Assembly: GCA_016840035.1 (NCBI GenBank)
Contig: JAEOTC010000121.1
Coordinates: 1-64,000 of the forward strand
Direction: 5' to 3'
DNA from: Candidatus Hodarchaeota archaeon
GTDB lineage: Archaea > Asgardarchaeota > Heimdallarchaeia > Hodarchaeales > Hodarchaeaceae
Length of the DNA stretch: 64,000 nucleotides
Both the position numbers and the translations under genes were made by a program. Under the pieces are notes generated by a model. That model was given only the letters and a program-made list of their open reading frames with translations. It ran no database searches and was not told the DNA's origin. Below, one piece after another: positions 59,094-64,000 of this stretch (the first letter of the stretch is position 1; every line of letters begins with the position of its first letter).

Positions 59094-59747
59094 TTGAAAA
59101 TAAAAACCAAAGTCTCGCTAGCTAGTGTACTATTTGGATTATTCTTTGCAGGACCAGTTATTTCAGGGAGAGCTTCCACGGCTCAATCTACATATACCTC
59201 TCAGATTGAGTTTTTATTCCTCCTTGTTGTGCTGGTATCAATTTTAATTGCTTCTATAGTTTTTGGATTATTGATATACATAATAATCCGCTTTAGAGAA
59301 GGAAACACAAATACTGTAAGAAAACCGATCCAAAACGGAATGCGCTTGGAAATCGGTTGGATAATATTCGCCACGATAATTGTAGTTTCCCTCTTTGCTG
59401 CAAGCTTACCCGCAACTAGTTCGTATTTTACAGAGCGAGATGATTATGACGAAGAAATCCGTGTTGTTGCATATCAGTATAACTTCACATTTACCAAAGA
59501 AAATGGGAATACAACAACAGGATTTGTCGAAATTGAAGTAAATAGAGTATATATGCTTAATATTACTTCTATCGATGTAATACATTCATTTTATGTCCAT
59601 GAACTGAGTATAAAGCTTGATATGGTTCCAGGGCGTTACAATATTGTATATTTGCAAGTTCTGGTGCCGGGAACTTATGAAGTTCATTGTGCGGAATATT
59701 GTGGATTTGGACACTATATCATGGAAGCGAGGATAATCGTAAAGTAA
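59094..59747 (+). CDS. coxB: Cytochrome c oxidase subunit II (CuA)
   Basis: LEIGW, DVIHSF, CAEYCGFGHYIM; no fused cytochrome c. Confidence 0.95.
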   Translation: MKIKTKVSLASVLFGLFFAGPVISGRASTAQSTYTSQIEFLFLLVVLVSILIASIVFGLLIYIIIRFREGNTNTVRKPIQNGMRLEIGWIIFATIIVVSLFAASLPATSSYFTERDDYDEEIRVVAYQYNFTFTKENGNTTTGFVEIEVNRVYMLNITSIDVIHSFYVHELSIKLDMVPGRYNIVYLQVLVPGTYEVHCAEYCGFGHYIMEARIIVK

Positions 59748-59763
59748 ATAAGAGGAAATTAAT

Positions 59764-61443
59764 ATGAGCTCTCACAGTAGTATAATTAAAGACGGTCAAT
59801 TCAAACTTTTTCCGCTCTTTGTAGGCATTCCGTTTGCAATAATTGTATTCATAGTTTTGAAGATTTTACTTGGTTCTTTTGGTTTCATACCAGAATTAGT
59901 TTTCTTATCTATTCTTAGTTTCACAATTTATTTGTCCACTTATGATAAAATTGATTATATTAGATTAATTGGAACCACAAATCATGCTGAAATTGGTATT
60001 CTGTATATTCTTTTAGCTATCGTAAGTGTATTTATTGGAGGGACGCTAGCTATAATCATGAGAACTGAACTGGCTTTTCCGGGTGCTACACTTGTAGATT
60101 CGGAACTGTATTCAGTTATTTTTACCGCTCACGGTACAATTATGATATTTATGGTTATTTTCCCATTAGGTGCAGGTTTTGGTAATTATCTTGTTCCTAG
60201 ATTAATAGGAGCACCTGATATGTATTGGCCTAGGTGGAACAACGCAGCTTTATGGCTGCTAATCCCTTCAGGGGTTTTAATCTTTACTGCACAATCGTCT
60301 GTGGGTTGGACATTGTACACTCCTTTAAGTGCTGAACTCTGGGGTGTGGGTGTAGATATGTGGATTATAGGAGTATTACTTGCGGGTGTTTCCTCTTTAG
60401 TGTCTGCGATTAATTTCATTATGACTGTTGCTACCATGCGTAAACCTGGATTGACATGGGGGAAGCTAGATCTTTTTAGTTGGTCCATTGTAGCCACATC
60501 AATTATCCAATTATGTGCCACTCCCTTAATAACAACTGGACTCGCTCTCTTACTCTCAGATCGTATATTGGATACAGCATTCTTCTCAGCAGTAGGATTT
60601 GGAGTAGGTTCGTTTTTATGGCAACATGTGTTCTGGAGTTATTCTCATCCTGCGGTTTATATTATGATTCTTCCTGCGATGGGATTAACTTCCCTTATGG
60701 TTTCAAAGTTTTCTAGAAATGAAATCTTTGGATACGAGCTAATGGTAATATCTATGATGGCTATTGTCTTTCTTGGTTTCCTAGTGTGGGGTCACCATCA
60801 GTATACTCTTTATGGTGCAGCCACAGATGCGTTTACAACCACCTTGTTCTCCTTATTAACCTCATTAATAGCTGTACCTTCGGGAGTCAAAACTTTTAAT
60901 TGGCTATTTACAATGTGGGGAGGTAATGTCAAGTTAGAGATCCCGATCGTGTTTCCGTTTGGTTTCATTATCGGGTTCGTCATTGGAGGAATAACTGGGG
61001 TTTGGTTGAACATTGTTCCAGTGGATATAATTGTTCATGATACAGCATTTGTGGTGGGTCATTTTCATATGATCATTTTAGGAGGAGCACTTACTGCGCT
61101 TATTGGTGCCTTCTATAATTATTTCCCCGAAATAACTGGGAAAATGTATAATCGACCCCTTGCTTGGGTTCATTGTATCATGTGGATCATTGGTTTTTTG
61201 ATAACATTTAATTCTATGATGATAGCAGGATTACATGGAATGCCTCGTAGATATTTCGATTATTCAACATTTGGTAATGTTGATGTTCTCGCGTTTTGGA
61301 ACTTTTTAGCGACCGTAGGTGCATATTTGATGTTCCTCTCTGGTGTAATCTTTGTAATCAACATGATTTACAGCTTAAGTAAAGGTCCAGAAGCAGGCGA
61401 TGATCCATTTAACCTATCACTTGATGAGGTCCCCACAGTTTAA
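59764..61443 (+). CDS. coxA: Heme-copper oxidase subunit I, type A2
   Basis: AHGTIMIF, PDMYWPRWNN (D-channel), WSYSHPAVY (A2 YS motif), WGHH, GVKTFNW (K-channel), GHFH, GMPRR. Confidence 0.96.
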   Translation: MSSHSSIIKDGQFKLFPLFVGIPFAIIVFIVLKILLGSFGFIPELVFLSILSFTIYLSTYDKIDYIRLIGTTNHAEIGILYILLAIVSVFIGGTLAIIMRTELAFPGATLVDSELYSVIFTAHGTIMIFMVIFPLGAGFGNYLVPRLIGAPDMYWPRWNNAALWLLIPSGVLIFTAQSSVGWTLYTPLSAELWGVGVDMWIIGVLLAGVSSLVSAINFIMTVATMRKPGLTWGKLDLFSWSIVATSIIQLCATPLITTGLALLLSDRILDTAFFSAVGFGVGSFLWQHVFWSYSHPAVYIMILPAMGLTSLMVSKFSRNEIFGYELMVISMMAIVFLGFLVWGHHQYTLYGAATDAFTTTLFSLLTSLIAVPSGVKTFNWLFTMWGGNVKLEIPIVFPFGFIIGFVIGGITGVWLNIVPVDIIVHDTAFVVGHFHMIILGGALTALIGAFYNYFPEITGKMYNRPLAWVHCIMWIIGFLITFNSMMIAGLHGMPRRYFDYSTFGNVDVLAFWNFLATVGAYLMFLSGVIFVINMIYSLSKGPEAGDDPFNLSLDEVPTV

Positions 61444-61469
61444 TAAAGTAACCCTAGGAGATAAAAAAG

Positions 61470-61811
61470 ATGGTAACACAAGTTGAAACACAAGATACTC
61501 ATGAGTATATTAAACGGCCGTATTTCTTAGTTTTTCTAATGCTGGGGTTTTTGACGGTTCTTGAACTGAATGTTGGATTTATTTCTGATATAGCAGGAGA
61601 AGGATCAAATGTTGAGGGATTTATTAATTTAGCGCTAATTACATTAGCAATTCTCAAAGCTTATCTTGTTGCTGCATTTTTTATGGGAATTAAATATCAA
61701 GATAATCCCAAGGTGGTTTGGGGGGTAATGTTTGGGATTCCTATGTTCATAGCATTACCAGTAGTTGTAATCCCTGCCTTAGGGACAATTGTCTATCTTT
61801 GTGGAATATAA
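61470..61811 (+). CDS. coxD: Cytochrome c oxidase subunit IV
   Basis: YFLVF..LTVLEL, LAILKAYLVAAFFMGIKY. Confidence 0.85.
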   Translation: MVTQVETQDTHEYIKRPYFLVFLMLGFLTVLELNVGFISDIAGEGSNVEGFINLALITLAILKAYLVAAFFMGIKYQDNPKVVWGVMFGIPMFIALPVVVIPALGTIVYLCGI

Positions 61812-61838
61812 TATAAAGTGTATAATCGATGTGTAGGT

Positions 61839-62507
61839 ATGGAACAAAGCACTGTAGTCGGAACAATTATAGGATTTATGATTCTAGCTGGAATTGGGTC
61901 TGCTTTCATCCTCTATCCCTTAAGTCAAAATCAAGTATTACCCGTTATTAAACCCGCACCAGAATTTAGCTTAGTAAACCAGGATAATGAAACTGTGGAC
62001 TTACAGTCATTTTCAGGAAAGGTTATAATGCTGGGTTTCCTTTATACTCAATGTACTGATGATTTATGCTCACTGATGACTCAAGATTTCAAAACACTCC
62101 AAACCTTACTTGGATCCTCATTTGGTATGGATACTATGCTTATTTGTATTTCATTAGATCCATTATTTGATACTCCTACGGTATTAAGAAACTACGCTCT
62201 ATCCAATGGGGTTAATCTAAGTGGGTGGCAATTTCTGACGGCCTATGAATTAGATACAATCCAAAAGGTTGTTGATGATTACGGAGTGTTGTCTTATGTC
62301 AATGAATTTGAGGGATTGGTAAATACAACTGAAAATAACACCACCTTCAATCTAAAGATCAGTCATGGTAATGATACTCAACCGAGTATCCTAATCCATT
62401 CTTGGGTGAGTATGCTAATAGATCAAGATCTTTTGATACGAAAGGTATATACTCGTGTAAGCTGGGTTGTGAGCGCTGCACTTGAGGATATGAGGAGTTT
62501 ATTGTAA
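61839..62507 (+). CDS. SCO1/SenC copper chaperone
   Basis: N-terminal TM, APEFSLVNQD, FLYTQCTDDLC, ISLDP..DTP, IHS. Confidence 0.88.
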   Translation: MEQSTVVGTIIGFMILAGIGSAFILYPLSQNQVLPVIKPAPEFSLVNQDNETVDLQSFSGKVIMLGFLYTQCTDDLCSLMTQDFKTLQTLLGSSFGMDTMLICISLDPLFDTPTVLRNYALSNGVNLSGWQFLTAYELDTIQKVVDDYGVLSYVNEFEGLVNTTENNTTFNLKISHGNDTQPSILIHSWVSMLIDQDLLIRKVYTRVSWVVSAALEDMRSLL

Positions 62508-62528
62508 GGAAAGAACGTGGTACTATCA

Positions 62529-63545
62529 CTATTTCTTTTTCTTTCTTGAAAGTACAGTAACCATTGCTAGTAGTCCTAAACCAAGTGAGATAATGGGGAA
62601 TTCATATCCAGAAATTTCTTTTTCATCCGTAAAGGTAATTACAAATGGTTTTGCTGATTCATTTCCGATTATTGGATCATCAAAGGCGGGAGAGAATAGA
62701 TGAGTATCTACTGTTTTATTAAATAATCCATAATCTCTATTATCCCAGTGAAGGTGTGCAAATACAGCCAATTCTGAAGGAAGGGTTCCTGCTTCTTTAT
62801 TTGACAAGACATACTCATTGATATCTACATATAGATCAGTATTGACTCCTTGTTTCAATGGAATATGTCGTCTTCCAACCATTGGGCCTAAACCACTGTC
62901 GTTGATATGAATTACAAGCCATGCAGGTCCAGGAACAATGACTTGATCAATGAAAACTTTAGCGTTTGTTGTGTTCACATCTTGATCACTTACGATTATT
63001 GTGGTAGAAAAGGTCTCTGTGCTCGAAAATTGTTCTACGGCCTCTACACTATTTTGATCCTCCAGAATGAGGTCCGCTCCGTCAGGCTCAAACATCATAT
63101 TCATATTCGTATCATTATAAAGTTTGGCGACTAGCTGAGTAGTTCTCCCCATTAGGGGTAAAGTTATTCTGACATAAAGGGTGTGGTTAACTCCTGAATC
63201 GGAACTGGTGAGGATTTTTGGAGATATCTGGGTATGATTATGACTCATCCCCACATCCTCCATCGTTGAACTATATCCAAGTAAATCGCTAGTTGAATTA
63301 TAAATTGCTACAAAACCCATATGATGGACATTTACTCTTACTACTACCTGATCATCAACTATAGGTTGATCTTTTACTATAAAATCAAACCCAACATACT
63401 CTGTTACAGTTTTTGAAATAGTTATCGTACTTGAATTTTGATTTATCGAAAATAAAATCATTACAAATAGAATTAAAGATAAGTACTTACTGTGTCTCAT
63501 AAATACCGCCAATTTACCTTTTATGTATCTAACTAATAAAATCAA
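62529..63545 (-). CDS. Secreted anchored protein with two His-containing beta-sandwich repeats (DUF7282-like)
   Basis: Repeats IVKDQ..GFVAIY and IVSDQ..AWLVIH..AHLHWD; SGYE-TM-RKKKK; start probably at 63500. Confidence 0.6.
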   Translation of the reverse strand: MILLVRYIKGKLAVFMRHSKYLSLILFVMILFSINQNSSTITISKTVTEYVGFDFIVKDQPIVDDQVVVRVNVHHMGFVAIYNSTSDLLGYSSTMEDVGMSHNHTQISPKILTSSDSGVNHTLYVRITLPLMGRTTQLVAKLYNDTNMNMMFEPDGADLILEDQNSVEAVEQFSSTETFSTTIIVSDQDVNTTNAKVFIDQVIVPGPAWLVIHINDSGLGPMVGRRHIPLKQGVNTDLYVDINEYVLSNKEAGTLPSELAVFAHLHWDNRDYGLFNKTVDTHLFSPAFDDPIIGNESAKPFVITFTDEKEISGYEFPIISLGLGLLAMVTVLSRKKKK

Positions 63546-63711
63546 GTCTGTGGAATTAGTAATATTAATAGAGACATGAGAGGTGAGAAGAAATTATTTC
63601 TTTTGTAGATAAAAATTCCCGAGAAATTAAAAGTTTTTATTACAGAGTATCTTAAACAATTTTTCACTCAAGGAAAGATTTTATAATGAGTGATATTAGA
63701 GGATTAAAAAT

Positions 63712-64000
63712 ATGAGAAGATATTACGCAGTCTTATCTGTATTATTACTTAGTTCTTGTTGTTTAACTGTTCTAACTACTAATAAATTTGTACTTAACAA
63801 GGCACACGGGGAAAATAGGACTAATGATATTTTGATAACTTCTAATAAGACAATTCCAGTCGATTTTTCTGAGTTCTTACCTGAGATTATATTACCTACA
63901 ACAGATAATCATTTTATCCTGGTTAATAATGATAATCCATACGCAGACATTAATATTAGGAAAATTGATCAAAACGGTGAATTAGTATGGAATAATTCAT
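63712..64000 (+). CDS. Secreted protein (3' partial), possibly beta-propeller
   Basis: ATG after GAGG; MRRYYAVLSVLLLSSCC...IRKIDQNGELVWN; open to the window end. Confidence 0.6.
   Translation, partial: MRRYYAVLSVLLLSSCCLTVLTTNKFVLNKAHGENRTNDILITSNKTIPVDFSEFLPEIILPTTDNHFILVNNDNPYADINIRKIDQNGELVWNNS

Noticed and set aside
59690-59715. Cys/His motif in CoxII as a cytochrome c site
   Set aside because: CAEYCGFGH is the CuA motif, not CxxCH

Overview
AT-rich, gene-dense archaeal chromosome segment. It is most consistent with an Asgard archaeon of the Heimdallarchaeia/Hodarchaeales type (inference from a tailed histone, several longin-like proteins, PGF-like C-terminal anchors, heliorhodopsin and an aerobic oxidase). 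I found no rRNA, tRNA, CRISPR array or mobile element. Main blocks: (1) 1-9.4 kb light/UV and lipid cluster (DUF1295, UvsE, CPD photolyase, SDR, acyl-CoA ligase, longin-membrane fusion, PlsC, Staygreen, heliorhodopsin). (2) 10-26.8 kb alpha-glucan utilisation locus (two anchored GH57s, a non-catalytic DOMON surface protein, two binding proteins, and MalFGK in which all three subunits, including the ATPase, carry extra hydrophobic helices). (3) 31-35.6 kb wHTH-ParA/MinD-membrane protein unit with upstream palindromes, a longin-like gene and a possible degenerate small GTPase. (4) Tailed histone, ABC exporters, a 7TM-longin protein and a PAS kinase. (5) 56.8-62.5 kb A2-type heme-copper oxidase operon led by a heme-type DOMON protein and a DUF2231-like/subunit III fusion, with no cytochrome c. 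The best candidates for undescribed systems are the DOMON/DUF2231-fed oxidase and the membrane-expanded MalFGK transporter. All family calls come from motif recognition by eye; no database searches were run.
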